A stretch of 64,000 nucleotides of DNA from an uncultured Methylobacterium sp. (GCF_964244095.1 NZ_CAXTHR010000002.1:1645-65644); one strand, 5' to 3'; counted from the first letter of the stretch, positions 21,337 through 31,477 are shown. The notes: a model not told the origin generated them from the sequence alone. Numbers and translations are program-made.

Positions 21337-22050
21337 ATGGTCCACCTGCCGAGCCCGCTTCCCGAGAGCGTGAATTCCGCGATCGGCCTGGTCGTCGCCT
21401 TCGCGCTCGGCACCCTGATCGGCGCGGAGCGGCAGTACCGGCAGCGGACGGCGGGCCTGCGCACGGCGGTGCTGGTGGCTGTGGGTGCGGCCGCCTTCGT
21501 CGATCTCGGCGTGCGGCTCACCGGCAACGAGGGCGGCACCCGCACGGTCGCCTACGTGATCTCCGGCATCGGCTTCCTCGGCGCCGGCGTGATCATGAAG
21601 GAGGGCATGAACGTGCGCGGCCTCAACACCGCCGCGACCCTGTGGTGCTCGGCCGCCGTCGGCGCCTTCGCGGGTGCCGACCTGCCGCTGGAGGCGTCGT
21701 TCGTCACGCTCGCGGTGCTGGCCTGCAACACCCTGCTGCGCCCGCTCGTCAACGCGATCAACCGCGCGCCCATCGACGCGAGCGCGACGGAGGCGACCTA
21801 CGAGGTCCAGGTGACGACGGCCCCCGACGCCGCCGGCCCGGCCCGCGACCTCCTGGTCGAGCGCTTGGAGGCGGCGGGCTACCCGGTCGGCGGCGTCGCG
21901 GTCGAGGAGCGCGGCGAGGAACTGGTCGAGGTCGTCGCGACGCTGACCGCCACCGCGGTGGCGGCCAAGGACCTCGACGCGGTGGTGGCGGCCCTGGAGA
22001 CCCAGCCCGGCATCCGCCACGCCACGTGGTCGGTGCAGACGGGGGATTGA
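21337..22050 (+). CDS. mgtC: MgtC/SapB-family membrane protein
   Basis: Contains the LGTLIGAERQYRQRTAGLRT motif, an N-terminal domain with 4-5 TM segments, and a soluble ACT-like C-terminal domain. Confidence 0.85.
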   Translation: MVHLPSPLPESVNSAIGLVVAFALGTLIGAERQYRQRTAGLRTAVLVAVGAAAFVDLGVRLTGNEGGTRTVAYVISGIGFLGAGVIMKEGMNVRGLNTAATLWCSAAVGAFAGADLPLEASFVTLAVLACNTLLRPLVNAINRAPIDASATEATYEVQVTTAPDAAGPARDLLVERLEAAGYPVGGVAVEERGEELVEVVATLTATAVAAKDLDAVVAALETQPGIRHATWSVQTGD

Positions 22051-22246
22051 CGCGTTCGGGCTTCCCGTGCGCAACGGCCGGGCCCCGCCGCTACACGCTG
22101 GGCGAATTGCTGGGCGGAGCAGAACACCTGATCCTGCCTGACGTGCGGCGGCGCACCCTGGATGCGGGGCCGCGCTTCTCCCGCCCCGCCCCGACGCCAC
22201 CTCTCCCCTCGCGGGACCGGACCTCGGCTCCGCACGGAGAATCTCC

Positions 22247-22933
22247 ATGGCAGCACCTCGGAAGAACGCGCTCATCGTCGGGGCCTCGCGCGGCCTCGGG
22301 CTGGGGCTCGTCGAGACCTTCCTGAAGCGCGGCTGGCGCGTCACCGCGACCCAGCGCAAGCCCTCGCCCGACCTCGCGGCGCTGGCCTCCGACGCGCTGA
22401 GCGTCGAGACCGCCGACATCGACGACGACGCGGCGGTCTCGGCCCTGCACCAGCGCCTGGCCGGCCAAAGATACGATCTGGTCTTCGTGGTCGCGGGCGT
22501 GGCGACGCAGGCGCACGATCCCGCGCACGACGTCCCGCGGGCGGTGGCGGCGCAGGTCTACCTCACCAACGCGATCAGCCCGATCCGCTTCGCGGAACGC
22601 TTCCGCGATAGGCTGGCGGCCGGCGGCAGCCTCGTCCTGATGAGTTCGGTCCTCGGCAGCGTCGGGCTCAACGAATCCGGCGGCTGGGAGACCTACCGCG
22701 CGAGCAAGGCGGCCCTGAACACGCTGGCGCTCAGCTTCGAGATCCGCCACCGCGCCGAGAACCTCAGCGTCATCCTGATGCATCCGGGCTGGGTCCGCAC
22801 CGAGATGGGCGGACCCGAGGCCGACATCGATGTGGAGACCAGCGTCGCCGGCATGGCCGACGTGATCGAGGCCCGGCTCGGCCGGCCCGGCACGGCCTAT
22901 CTCGACTACCGCGGCGAGACGCTGGCTTGGTAG
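22247..22933 (+). CDS. short-chain dehydrogenase/reductase
   Basis: Contains the VGASRGLG nucleotide-binding motif and the YRASK catalytic motif. 228 aa. Confidence 0.85.
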   Translation: MAAPRKNALIVGASRGLGLGLVETFLKRGWRVTATQRKPSPDLAALASDALSVETADIDDDAAVSALHQRLAGQRYDLVFVVAGVATQAHDPAHDVPRAVAAQVYLTNAISPIRFAERFRDRLAAGGSLVLMSSVLGSVGLNESGGWETYRASKAALNTLALSFEIRHRAENLSVILMHPGWVRTEMGGPEADIDVETSVAGMADVIEARLGRPGTAYLDYRGETLAW

Positions 22934-22986
22934 CCGGCACGCGCCTCACCGGCCGCGAGCCGGCATCCCCCGCGCCGGAAAATGCT

Positions 22987-23340
22987 CTACCGGCGCGGGT
23001 CGAGCGGGCGGCCGCGCCGCTCGACGATCACCGGCGGACGGGTGCGGCGCTCGACAATGACGGTGCGCGGCGCGCGGCTCGGGCCCGCTTGGCTGAAGAT
23101 CCGCTCGGGCACCCGCTCGGGTTTTGCGCGCAAGGCGGCGAGCACATGCGGGCGGACCTCGTCGGGGGCGAGGCCGATCAGGCCGGCGGCGATCTCGACC
23201 TGCTGTTCGAGGTCGTCCGACAGGTCCTGCGCGGCGGTCACCGCCTCGATCACCGTCGGCGGCTCGCGCCGCACCCGGATCGGCGGAAGGTCGGCAAAGC
23301 TCTTCCTGGTCTTCTTCACGGCTGGGCTCGCGCTCGTCAT
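22987..23340 (-). CDS. hypothetical protein
   Basis: 117-aa ORF with plausible composition and an internal duplicated motif VIVERRtRPpVIVERRgRP. No recognisable domain. Confidence 0.35.
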   Translation of the reverse strand: MTSASPAVKKTRKSFADLPPIRVRREPPTVIEAVTAAQDLSDDLEQQVEIAAGLIGLAPDEVRPHVLAALRAKPERVPERIFSQAGPSRAPRTVIVERRTRPPVIVERRGRPLDPRR

Positions 23341-23572
23341 CGCCCGAGCATAGCGGATTCGCCTCGATTGTGCACCGCATCACGGCGTGGCGGCGGCCGC
23401 CGTGCGCGGCGATGATGACGCGGTGCCGAGCGACTGGGCAGCCGGCGTCGATGCCGACGGGCGCGGCGAGTTCATTCAGGATGCAGATGCCGCAGGGTGC
23501 GGCAGGATATCGCGTCGAAATGACGCGGCAGGAAGACGCCCGCGACGCCCGGTTCCACCATCGCCGGGGGCG

Positions 23573-24457
23573 ATGATGGCGCCGCGACACGTCGCGACCC
23601 GAGATGCCATGCCCGACCCCGTCCACGACCCCCGAGTCACGCCCGCCCGGCCGGATCTCGCCGACATCCGGTTGCGCGGATCGGTCGAGGCCGCGCGGTT
23701 CGTCGCGGGCGAACCGCGCCGCGTCGCGGTTCCCGTCGCTCCCTTGCGGCGCACGCCCCGCGCCGATGCCGGCCTGGAGACCGAGGCGGTGATGGGCGAC
23801 GCGGTGACCGTCTACGAGGTTCGGGACGGCTTCGCCTGGGTCCAGATCGTCCACGACGGCACCGTCGGCTACCTCCCGGCGGCGAGCCTCGGCCCGGCCG
23901 ACCCGGCCCCGACCCACCGGATCACGGCGCTGCGCAGCTTCCTCTACCCCGCCCCCGACATGAAGCGCCCGGCGCTCGACCATCTCGGCCTCGGCGCGGC
24001 CCTCGCGGCCACGGGCGAGGCGGGCGAATATCTGAGGGTCGGCGACGCGTTCGTCTTCGCGGGCCACTGCACGCCGCTCGACCGCCTGGAGCCGGACCAT
24101 GCCGCGACCGCCGAGCGCCTCGTCGGCACGCCCTACCTCTGGGGCGGCCGCACCAGCCTCGGCCTCGACTGCTCGGGCCTCGTGCAGCTCTGCCTGTCGC
24201 TGGCCGGCCGTCCCTGCCCGCGCGACGCCGACCAGCAGGCCCGCGCGGTGGGCCACGCCCTGCCGCCGAGCTTCGACGGCCTGCGCCGGGGCGACTTCAT
24301 CGACTGGCGCGGCCATACCGGGCTGATGCTCGATCCCGAGACCCTGATCCACGCCAACGGCCACCACATGGCGGTGGCGATCGAACCGTTGCGGCAGGCG
24401 GCGGCGCGGATCGCGGACAACAGTTACGGGGCGGTGACCGGGATGCGGCGCCTCTGA
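23573..24457 (+). CDS. NlpC/P60 (C40) family peptidase with an SH3-like N-terminal region
   Basis: Contains the catalytic-Cys motif YLWGGRTSLGLDCSGLV and a downstream His (HTGLML...HAN). The start is uncertain (23573 or 23609). Confidence 0.8.
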   Translation: MMAPRHVATRDAMPDPVHDPRVTPARPDLADIRLRGSVEAARFVAGEPRRVAVPVAPLRRTPRADAGLETEAVMGDAVTVYEVRDGFAWVQIVHDGTVGYLPAASLGPADPAPTHRITALRSFLYPAPDMKRPALDHLGLGAALAATGEAGEYLRVGDAFVFAGHCTPLDRLEPDHAATAERLVGTPYLWGGRTSLGLDCSGLVQLCLSLAGRPCPRDADQQARAVGHALPPSFDGLRRGDFIDWRGHTGLMLDPETLIHANGHHMAVAIEPLRQAAARIADNSYGAVTGMRRL

Positions 24458-24508
24458 TGCGGTTTCCGGCCGATGGGTTCGTGATCCTGCCCTCCATCAT
24501 CCGCTCGG

Positions 24509-24544
24509 CACTCCCTCTCCCCTTTACGGGGGAGGGAAGGCGCT
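24509..24544. repeat. solo terminal-hairpin module (S2)
   Basis: GCACTCCCTCTCCCCTTTACGGGGGAGGGAAGGCGC. Same module as at 28137 and 37289. Confidence 0.7.
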
Positions 24545-24666
24545 TGACCGAACCGATCAACCGGAAACCGTATGATCCGGCGCGCGGCCCGATTGTCCCC
24601 GTTTCGTCGGTGCGCGCGCTCGTAGCGAGCTCCGGAACGATCGGCGCCGCCTTCCGCCGCCCGTCC

Positions 24667-25146
24667 CTATCCCTTCAGCCGCATCTTGATCCGATAGGTC
24701 AGGCCGTCGCGCACGTCGCGGTAGGCGTCGAGGCGCTGCTCGCGCGAGGCGTCCTGGAGGATGGTCGGGTCGGGGGTCGGCCAGTACTCGACGTCGGCGG
24801 CCAGCGTGTGCGTCAGCGCCAGCGCCTTGTGGTGGGCCTCGGGGGCGAGCGTCACGATCAGGTCGAAGTTCAGGCCCTCCCACTCCTCCAGTTCCTCGAT
24901 GGTGCGGGGCTTGTGCCGGGCGGCGTCGATGCCGATCTCGTCGAGCGCGGCGACCATGAACGGGTCGGTCGGCTCGCCCGAGCGCACGCCCGCCGACTGC
25001 ACGTAGACCGACCTGCCGAAATAGTAGCGCGCGATCGCCTCCGCCGCCACGGAGCGCACGGCGTTGAAGTTGCACATGAACAGCACCGATTGCACCCGCC
25101 GCTTCCTCGGGACGGTCGGGTCGCTCGGCGGGACGACGACGTCCAT
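24667..25146 (-). CDS. low-molecular-weight phosphotyrosine phosphatase / ArsC-like protein
   Basis: Contains the CX5R(S/T) P-loop FMCNFNAVRS and a downstream D-P motif. 159 aa. Confidence 0.8.
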   Translation of the reverse strand: MDVVVPPSDPTVPRKRRVQSVLFMCNFNAVRSVAAEAIARYYFGRSVYVQSAGVRSGEPTDPFMVAALDEIGIDAARHKPRTIEELEEWEGLNFDLIVTLAPEAHHKALALTHTLAADVEYWPTPDPTILQDASREQRLDAYRDVRDGLTYRIKMRLKG

Positions 25147-25195
25147 CGCGAAGCGGTCTCAGGCCGGGATCGGGCGCGGGGGGCGTGCCACCGCC

Positions 25196-25684
25196 TCAAC
25201 CCCGCCAGTGCAGGGCGAAGATCAGGGTGAACAGCCGCCGCGCGGTGACGTGGTCGAGGTCGACCTTGCCGTCGAGGCGCTGCTTCAGGGTCTCGGAGGC
25301 TTCGTCGTGCAGGCCGCGCCGGCCCATGTCGATCGCCTCGATCTGCGTCGGCGAGGCGGTGCGGATCGCGTTGTAGTAGCTCTCGCAGATCATCTCGTAG
25401 TCGCGGATCACCCGGCGGAACGGGGTCAGCGACAGCAGGTGGGTCATCACCGGCTCGCCGGCCGCGCTGGTGATCGCGAAGGAGAGCTTGTTCTCGACGA
25501 GTCCGAGGTCGAGGGCGTAGGGACCGGTGCGCCCGGGAATCGCGAAGCGGTTGTCCTCCAGGATGTCGAAGATCGCGATGGCGCGCTCGTGCTCCTGGTC
25601 GGGGTTGCCGCGCCCGATCGAGGCCTCGTCGAGGGTGACCGCCACCAGGCGGTCCCGCGACCGCTCCGCCTTCGCCTCCGACAT
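25196..25684 (-). CDS. UPF0262-family protein
   Basis: 162 aa. Contains the conserved [17 protein letters not shown] and YFLICESYY-like (YEMICESYY) motifs. Its position downstream of hisD is typical for alphaproteobacteria. Confidence 0.8.
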   Translation of the reverse strand: MSEAKAERSRDRLVAVTLDEASIGRGNPDQEHERAIAIFDILEDNRFAIPGRTGPYALDLGLVENKLSFAITSAAGEPVMTHLLSLTPFRRVIRDYEMICESYYNAIRTASPTQIEAIDMGRRGLHDEASETLKQRLDGKVDLDHVTARRLFTLIFALHWRG

Positions 25685-25694
25685 CGACGCTGCC

Positions 25695-26990
25695 TCACAG
25701 GTTCAGGCGGATCGCGACGGAGCGGGCGTGGCCCTCCAGACCCTCCGACCGGCCGAGCGTTATCGCCGCGGGGCCGAGCGCCCGCAAGCTCTCCGGCGTG
25801 CAGGCCAGGATCGTGGTGCGCTTCATGAAGTCGAGGACGCCCAAGCCCGACGAGAACCGCGCCGAGCGCGCGGTCGGCAGCACGTGGTTCGGCCCGCCGA
25901 CGTAGTCGCCGATCGCCTCGGGCGTGTGGCTCCCGAGGAAGATCGCCCCGGCGTTCCGGATTTTTCGCGAGAGGCCCTCCGCGTCCTGCGTCTCGATTTC
26001 GAGGTGCTCGGGCGCGAGGCGGTCGACCAGCGGCACCGCCTCGTCGAAGTCGCGCACGCGGATGATCGCGCCGTAGTCGCGCCAACTGGCGCGGGCGATC
26101 TCCGCCCGGGGCAGGGTGGTCAGCGCCCGCTCCACCGCCGCCGCGACGGCCTCGGCCAGCTCCGCGCTGTCGGTGATGAGGATCGCCTGCGCCGCCGCGT
26201 CGTGCTCGGCCTGGGCCAGGAGGTCGGCGGCGACCCAGTCCGGGTTGGCCTGCGCGTCGGCCAGGATCAGAACCTCGGAGGGGCCGGCGATCATGTCGAT
26301 GCCGACCTGCCCGAACACCCGGCGCTTGGCCGCCGCGACGTAGGCGTTGCCGGGGCCGACGATCTTGGCGACGGGGGCGATGGTCGCGGTGCCGTAGGCG
26401 AGCGCGGCGACCGCCTGCGCCCCGCCGACGCGATAGACTTCGTGGACGCCGGACAGGTGGGCGGCGGCGAGCACCAGCGGGTTCGATCGCCCGTCCGGCA
26501 TCGGCACCACCATGACGATCCGCGGCACGCCCGCGACGCGGGCGGGGATCGCGTTCATCAGCACCGAGGACGGGTAGCTCGCGGTGCCGCCGGGGACGTA
26601 GAGCCCGACCGATTCCAGCGCCGTCCAGCGCCAGCCCGCGGTGACGCCGAGCGCGTCGGTGGAGAGCCGGTCGCCGGGCACCTGCTCGCGGTGGAAGGCC
26701 GCGATGCGCGCGGCGGCGAAATCCAGGGCCGCCAGCGCGTCGGCCGGGCAGGCGGCGAGCGCCGCCGCGATCTCGTCGTCCGTCACCCGCAGGGCGCTGT
26801 GCGAAAACTCGGGGCCGAGGCGGTCGAAGCGGCGGGTGTAGTCGACGAGCGCCGCATCGCCCCCGGCGGTAACGCCACCGATGATGCCGCGCACCGTCTC
26901 GTCGACATCCTCCGAGATCTCGCGCTTGACGGTGAGCAGCCGCGAGAAGTCCTCCGCGAAGGTCGGGTCGGTGCTGTCGAGGCGGATCAT
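25695..26990 (-). CDS. hisD: histidinol dehydrogenase
   Basis: 431 aa with HisD motifs ([32 protein letters not shown]). Confidence 0.97.
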   Translation of the reverse strand: MIRLDSTDPTFAEDFSRLLTVKREISEDVDETVRGIIGGVTAGGDAALVDYTRRFDRLGPEFSHSALRVTDDEIAAALAACPADALAALDFAAARIAAFHREQVPGDRLSTDALGVTAGWRWTALESVGLYVPGGTASYPSSVLMNAIPARVAGVPRIVMVVPMPDGRSNPLVLAAAHLSGVHEVYRVGGAQAVAALAYGTATIAPVAKIVGPGNAYVAAAKRRVFGQVGIDMIAGPSEVLILADAQANPDWVAADLLAQAEHDAAAQAILITDSAELAEAVAAAVERALTTLPRAEIARASWRDYGAIIRVRDFDEAVPLVDRLAPEHLEIETQDAEGLSRKIRNAGAIFLGSHTPEAIGDYVGGPNHVLPTARSARFSSGLGVLDFMKRTTILACTPESLRALGPAAITLGRSEGLEGHARSVAIRLNL

Positions 26991-27027
26991 CGGACGGTTC
27001 TTCTCGTGGTGGCGGGAGGCTCCGGCT

Positions 27028-27492
27028 TCAGCTCGCGGTGCCGGGCGCAGCTTCGGTGGCGTGCCCCGGACGCCCCACGGCCTCCCAGACCGGCCCGAGG
27101 TCCTTCATCCGCACCTCGACGCACTCCACGTCGAGGCGGATCGCGGCGCCGCCGGAGAACACCAGCGTGACGGTGCCCGACGGCGCCTCGGTCGGCGCGA
27201 AGGTCACCGCGAGCAGGCTCAGGGCGCTCTCGCCCGCCCCCGGCACGAGCCCGCGGGTGCGGACGCCGAGCACCCGCTCGAAATGCACGCCTGCGAGCCG
27301 CCGCCGCGGCGCATCCGGCGCCGACCAGTCGAAGCGGCGCACCACGAGCACGAAGCGGTGCTCGGCGGCGAGATAGGTGAGGTCGGCCGCGTGCAGGACC
27401 GCGTCCTGGAGATGGGCCGAGATCACGGTGAGATCCTCGGCGTCGAGGGCGGCGAGCTTGAGGAGCTCCATGACGGGGATGTCGCGCTGCAC
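27028..27492 (-). CDS. DUF2948-family protein
   Basis: The LKLAALDAEDLTVISAHLQDAV...RRFDW pattern is characteristic of DUF2948, which is encoded upstream of hisD in alphaproteobacteria. The likely start is MELLKL at 27471. Confidence 0.7.
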   Translation of the reverse strand: MQRDIPVMELLKLAALDAEDLTVISAHLQDAVLHAADLTYLAAEHRFVLVVRRFDWSAPDAPRRRLAGVHFERVLGVRTRGLVPGAGESALSLLAVTFAPTEAPSGTVTLVFSGGAAIRLDVECVEVRMKDLGPVWEAVGRPGHATEAAPGTAS

Positions 27493-27766
27493 GGGAGGTC
27501 ACGGGAAACGTATCGGCCCGCGTCAGTAGCGAGGTGCACCCGTTCCGGCAATCGCGGGCCGCGTTCGCGCGTGGCGATGGGGCGAGGCGGGACGCTGCGT
27601 CTTCCGGCCGCGCGGCCCCTCCGTCGCCGGCCGCCGGGGCCGATGCGCGCTCCGGCTTGCCGGTGACGGACGGGCCCGGACACCGGGGCCGGCCGACGGC
27701 CTCAGCCGCCGTTCAGGCGGGCCCGCCTAGACCGGCCCTCGACATCCAACGGGAGACGACACGACC

Positions 27767-28378
27767 ATGACCCTGAAGCGACTCACCCTCGCGGTGCTCG
27801 CCGCCCTGACCCTTGGGACCACGTTCGGCGCGGTCGAGGCCGGCGCCCAGTCCTACGGCAACGAGTACGGCGGCCCCCGCCGCTTCGACCGCGGCTACGA
27901 CGACGACCGCCCACGGCCGCGCCGCCGCGACTTCGACGACGACCGCTACGACCGTCGCCGCGAGGACTTCGGCGGCCGCCGCGGCGGCAGCATCTGCGTC
28001 ACCTCGCGCGGCAACTGCGTGAGCCGCCCGGCCCCGTTCGGTTCGCAATGCGGCTGCGAGATCCCGGGCTTCGGGCCCAAGCGCGGCCAGATCGGCCGCT
28101 TATGCGCCGCGCCTCGCGGGCGATGCCGCGACGGCTGCTTCCCTTTCCCCCCTGCGGGAGGGGGAAGCGCGCGGGCCGGGATATCTTCGGTGATGCGACC
28201 TTCGCCGGCTCACCCGCGAGGCGGCCGGCCGGTCGCCGGGCTGGCCCGACCCCGGCCCCGGCCGGGCACGACGCGGCTCCGACCGCCCCTCAGATCTCGA
28301 TCTCGGTCCCCACCTCGACCACCTGCCGCGTCGGCAGCCCGAAATGGGCGCCGGTGCGCTCGGCGTTGCGCTGCATGA
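27767..28378 (+). CDS. small secreted Arg/Asp-rich, 4-Cys protein; 3' end doubtful
   Basis: It has a clear signal peptide (MTLKRLTLAVLAALTLGTTFGAVEAGA), an RD-rich segment, and a Cys motif CVTSRGNCVSRPAPFGSQCGC. The ORF then runs through hairpin S3 and 89 nt into the convergent kup gene before the first stop. Confidence 0.4.
   Translation: MTLKRLTLAVLAALTLGTTFGAVEAGAQSYGNEYGGPRRFDRGYDDDRPRPRRRDFDDDRYDRRREDFGGRRGGSICVTSRGNCVSRPAPFGSQCGCEIPGFGPKRGQIGRLCAAPRGRCRDGCFPFPPAGGGSARAGISSVMRPSPAHPRGGRPVAGLARPRPRPGTTRLRPPLRSRSRSPPRPPAASAARNGRRCARRCAA
28137..28170. repeat. solo terminal-hairpin module (S3)
   Basis: GCTTCCCTTTCCCCCCTGCGGGAGGGGGAAGCGC. Confidence 0.7.
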
Positions 28379-30290
28379 AGGCGTAGAGGCCCTCGCGCCA
28401 GCTCACCATGCCGGGGGCGGTGGGCGAGGGGATGATCGCCTCGTGGCCGATGAAGTAGGTCATGTCCTCGAGGAACTCGGCCGGGAGCAGGCCGCTCGCG
28501 ACCGCGCATTGCAGCCCTTCCGGGATCGAGGCCGTCTGCATGAAGCCGTAGCGCAGGACGACGCGCTCCATCCCCGGCGTGTAGCGCGAGATCGCCTTGC
28601 GGATGCCGGACGCGACGAGGGTGACCTGGGCCCGCTCGGTGGCCGGGACCACCGGCTCCTCCTCGTAGATCACCGTGATGAGGAGGATGCGCTCGTGCAG
28701 GCAGCGGCTGCGCTGGACCAGGCGGCCGAGCGCCATCGGGATGCCCTCGGTCGCCGCGGTGAGGAAGGCCGCGGTTCCGGGCAGCGTCACCGGCGGATGC
28801 GAGGCGAGGCGCGCGAGGAAGGCGTCCTCGGGCATGCGCATCGTCGCCCGCACCGCTTCGAGCAGGCGGTTGCCCTTCATCCAGGTCAGCATCAGGAAGG
28901 CGACCGCGAAGGCGAGCAGCAGCGGGAACCAGCCGCCCTCGAACAGCTTCGCGCTGTTGGCGGCGAAGAACACGAGGTCGACGACGAGGAACGCGCCGTT
29001 CAGCGCGATCACCGCGTAGAGGTTGTAGCCCCATTTCAGCGCGACGAGCGCGGCGAGCAGGGTGGTGATCGCCATCAGGAGCGACACCGCGATGCCGTAG
29101 GCGCCGGCCAGCGCCTCCGACGAGCCGAAGATCAGCACCGCGGCCAGCGTCGCGGCGGCGAGCAGCCAGTTCACGGCCGGCACGTAGATCTGCCCGCGCT
29201 CGGCCTGGTCGGTGTGGACGACGCGCATCGCCGGCAGGAAGCCGAGCTGGATCGCCTGCTGGGTCAGCGAGTAGACGCCCGAGATCACCGCCTGCGACGC
29301 GATCACGGTGGCCATCGTCGCCAGCGCGATCAGCGGGTAGTGCGCCCAGTCCGGCGCGAGGCGGTAGAACGGGTTGTCGATCGCGTCCGGCTCGACGATG
29401 AGCAGCGCCCCCTGCCCGAAATAATGGATCACCAGCGCCGGCAGCACGAGGCCGAACCATGCGATGCGGATCGGCCTGGCGCCGAAATGGCCCAGATCGG
29501 CATACATCGCCTCGCCGCCGGTGACCGCGAGGAAGGCCGCGCCCAGCATCGCGAAGCTCACGTGCCAGCCGGCGTGAAACAGGAAGTCGACCGCCCGCCA
29601 CGGGTTGAGGGCCGCCAGGATCGCCGGCGCGTGGAGGATGCCGCCGACGCCCATCACGGCGAGCACCGCGAACCACACCAGCATCACCGGGCCGAACACT
29701 CGGCCGATCACCGCGACGCCCTTGCGCTGCACCAGGAACAGCCCGACCAGGATCACGAGGGTGACCGGCACGATGAACGGCGTCAGCAGCGGCGCCTCGA
29801 CCTTCAGGCCCTCGACCGCCGAGAGCACCGAGATCGCCGGGGTGATCGCGCCGTCGCCGTAGAGCAGGGCCGCGCCGACCAGCCCGACGACGAGCAGCAG
29901 CGCCTGCCGGGAGCCGGGCTTGGCGTGGCGGGTGCCGAGCAGCGCCAGCATCGCCACGATGCCGCCCTCGCCGCGGTTGTCGGCGCGCAGGATCAGCACC
30001 GCGTATTTCAGCGAGACGATCAGGATCAGCGCCCAGAGGATCAGCGAGACCGCGCCGGTGGCCGCCGCCGCGACCGAGGCGCCGCCACCGATGCCAGCCT
30101 TGACGGCTTCCTTGAAGGCGTAGAGCGGGCTGGTGCCGATGTCGCCGTAGACGACGCCCAGCGCCCCCAGCGTCAGCGCCGGCCCGGCCCCGTGCCGCAC
30201 CGCCCCGGGCTTGCGCGCCACGGGCGCGGCCGGCAGGCCGGCCCCTGCGGCCCGATTCCCCCCGAGGCTGACGGCTTGGGTCACGGGCAT
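28290..30290 (-). CDS. kup: KUP/HAK/KT potassium uptake protein
   Basis: Contains the signature GALGVVYGDIGTSPLYAF, about 12 TM segments and a cytoplasmic C-terminal domain. Start taken at MPVTQAV. Confidence 0.95.
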   Translation of the reverse strand: MPVTQAVSLGGNRAAGAGLPAAPVARKPGAVRHGAGPALTLGALGVVYGDIGTSPLYAFKEAVKAGIGGGASVAAAATGAVSLILWALILIVSLKYAVLILRADNRGEGGIVAMLALLGTRHAKPGSRQALLLVVGLVGAALLYGDGAITPAISVLSAVEGLKVEAPLLTPFIVPVTLVILVGLFLVQRKGVAVIGRVFGPVMLVWFAVLAVMGVGGILHAPAILAALNPWRAVDFLFHAGWHVSFAMLGAAFLAVTGGEAMYADLGHFGARPIRIAWFGLVLPALVIHYFGQGALLIVEPDAIDNPFYRLAPDWAHYPLIALATMATVIASQAVISGVYSLTQQAIQLGFLPAMRVVHTDQAERGQIYVPAVNWLLAAATLAAVLIFGSSEALAGAYGIAVSLLMAITTLLAALVALKWGYNLYAVIALNGAFLVVDLVFFAANSAKLFEGGWFPLLLAFAVAFLMLTWMKGNRLLEAVRATMRMPEDAFLARLASHPPVTLPGTAAFLTAATEGIPMALGRLVQRSRCLHERILLITVIYEEEPVVPATERAQVTLVASGIRKAISRYTPGMERVVLRYGFMQTASIPEGLQCAVASGLLPAEFLEDMTYFIGHEAIIPSPTAPGMVSWREGLYAFMQRNAERTGAHFGLPTRQVVEVGTEIEI

Positions 30291-30541
30291 TCCTCGGGAT
30301 CGACACGACGTTCGTCGCGAGGCTGCCTGCAAGCGCGGTGCCGATCAAGATGCCGTCCGCGCCGAATGCGGCCGTCGCACCCCGCCGTGTTTCGGGAACG
30401 CGGCCGGGGATGCCGGAGGTCTCGCGCCGTGGAGCGATCGGGTCGCGGCGGCGTTGCCCGGAAGAGGGTACGCTCCTTACGCCGGGCGGGCGGTTCGCGG
30501 CGCCCCGTGAAGCCCGGATCGCACCGCTGAACGACCGTCCC

Positions 30542-31258
30542 TCACCGAAGCGGCCCGAGCACCCGCTCCAGCCGCATCCGCGTGATGAGGCCGACCGCGT
30601 CGAGGGCGGCCTCGACCTCGGCGGCGGGCGGGTGGCCGAGCCCGCGCTCGAACTCCGCCAGGAGGTCCGCCTTGCCGCGCCCGCGCACCGCGACGATGAA
30701 CGAGAAGCCGAATTTCGCGCGGTAGGCGGCGTTGAGGCAGTCGAACCGCGAAAGCTCGGCGTCGGTCAGGCTCCCGAGGCCGGCGCCGCCCTGCTCGGCC
30801 ACCGAATCGGGCGTCATCCGCTCGGCTCACGCCTCCGGGCCGGCGAGGTTCGGATGGGCGTTAAGCAGGCGAAGGCGGTCCGCGGCCGGCGCGGCACGCA
30901 GGGCCGCCATCATGGCGGCGTGGAGCGCCGCCGGGCCGGCGAATGGGATCGCGGAGAACGCCCGCTCGGCGACCCAGGGCGAGTGCTCGAAGATGCCGCC
31001 GAAGACCGCGACGAACGCGGCGCGGTCCATCGCGTTCACCCGCGCGATGTCGAGGACCGGTTGCTCCGCCTCGCCGCCGCGGACGCCGGAGGGCGTGCCG
31101 GCGCCGAGGAGCAGCGCGGCGGCGAGGAGCGGCACGCCGAAGCGCGCGAGCGGGCCGCGCCCGGCGCCCGTCGGCGCCGCCCGGCCTGCCGTCGCGCGGA
31201 GCCGGCCTGCCGTCGCGTGGATGAGGGCGACGCGGCGCGCCGGGGTTCGTCCGATCAT
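30542..31258 (-). pseudogene. uraD: OHCU (2-oxo-4-hydroxy-4-carboxy-5-ureidoimidazoline) decarboxylase interrupted by an in-frame TGA
   Basis: The N-terminal half (FGGIFEHSPWVAERAF...LLNAHPNLAG) and the C-terminal half (SVAEQGGAGLGSLTDAE..F..LNAAYRAKFGFSFIVAVRG) are in the same frame. They are separated by a TGA at 30827-30829. The N-terminal extent is uncertain. Confidence 0.7.
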
Positions 31259-31477
31259 CGCTCGTCCTTCGCGGGCCGGGCCTTCGGGTGCAGCATGCAC
31301 GCCCCGGCGCCCGCGACAACACGCCGAAGTCCCGGCCCCTCGGGCGGCCCCCGCGAGGACCGCGCCCGAACCGGCGAACTGGCACCGGACTTGCGGACAC
31401 CGAAATCGCACGTCGGAGCATTCCTGGCGGTCGACTGCCCGCTCGCTCCTTGGCAACCGACCTTCGGGGAACAGCCC

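Noticed and set aside
30827-30829. The in-frame TGA of uraD, considered as a selenocysteine codon.
   Set aside because: No convincing SECIS-like hairpin follows the codon. OHCU decarboxylases are not known selenoproteins, and the position is not a catalytic Cys site. A nonsense mutation or sequencing error is more parsimonious.
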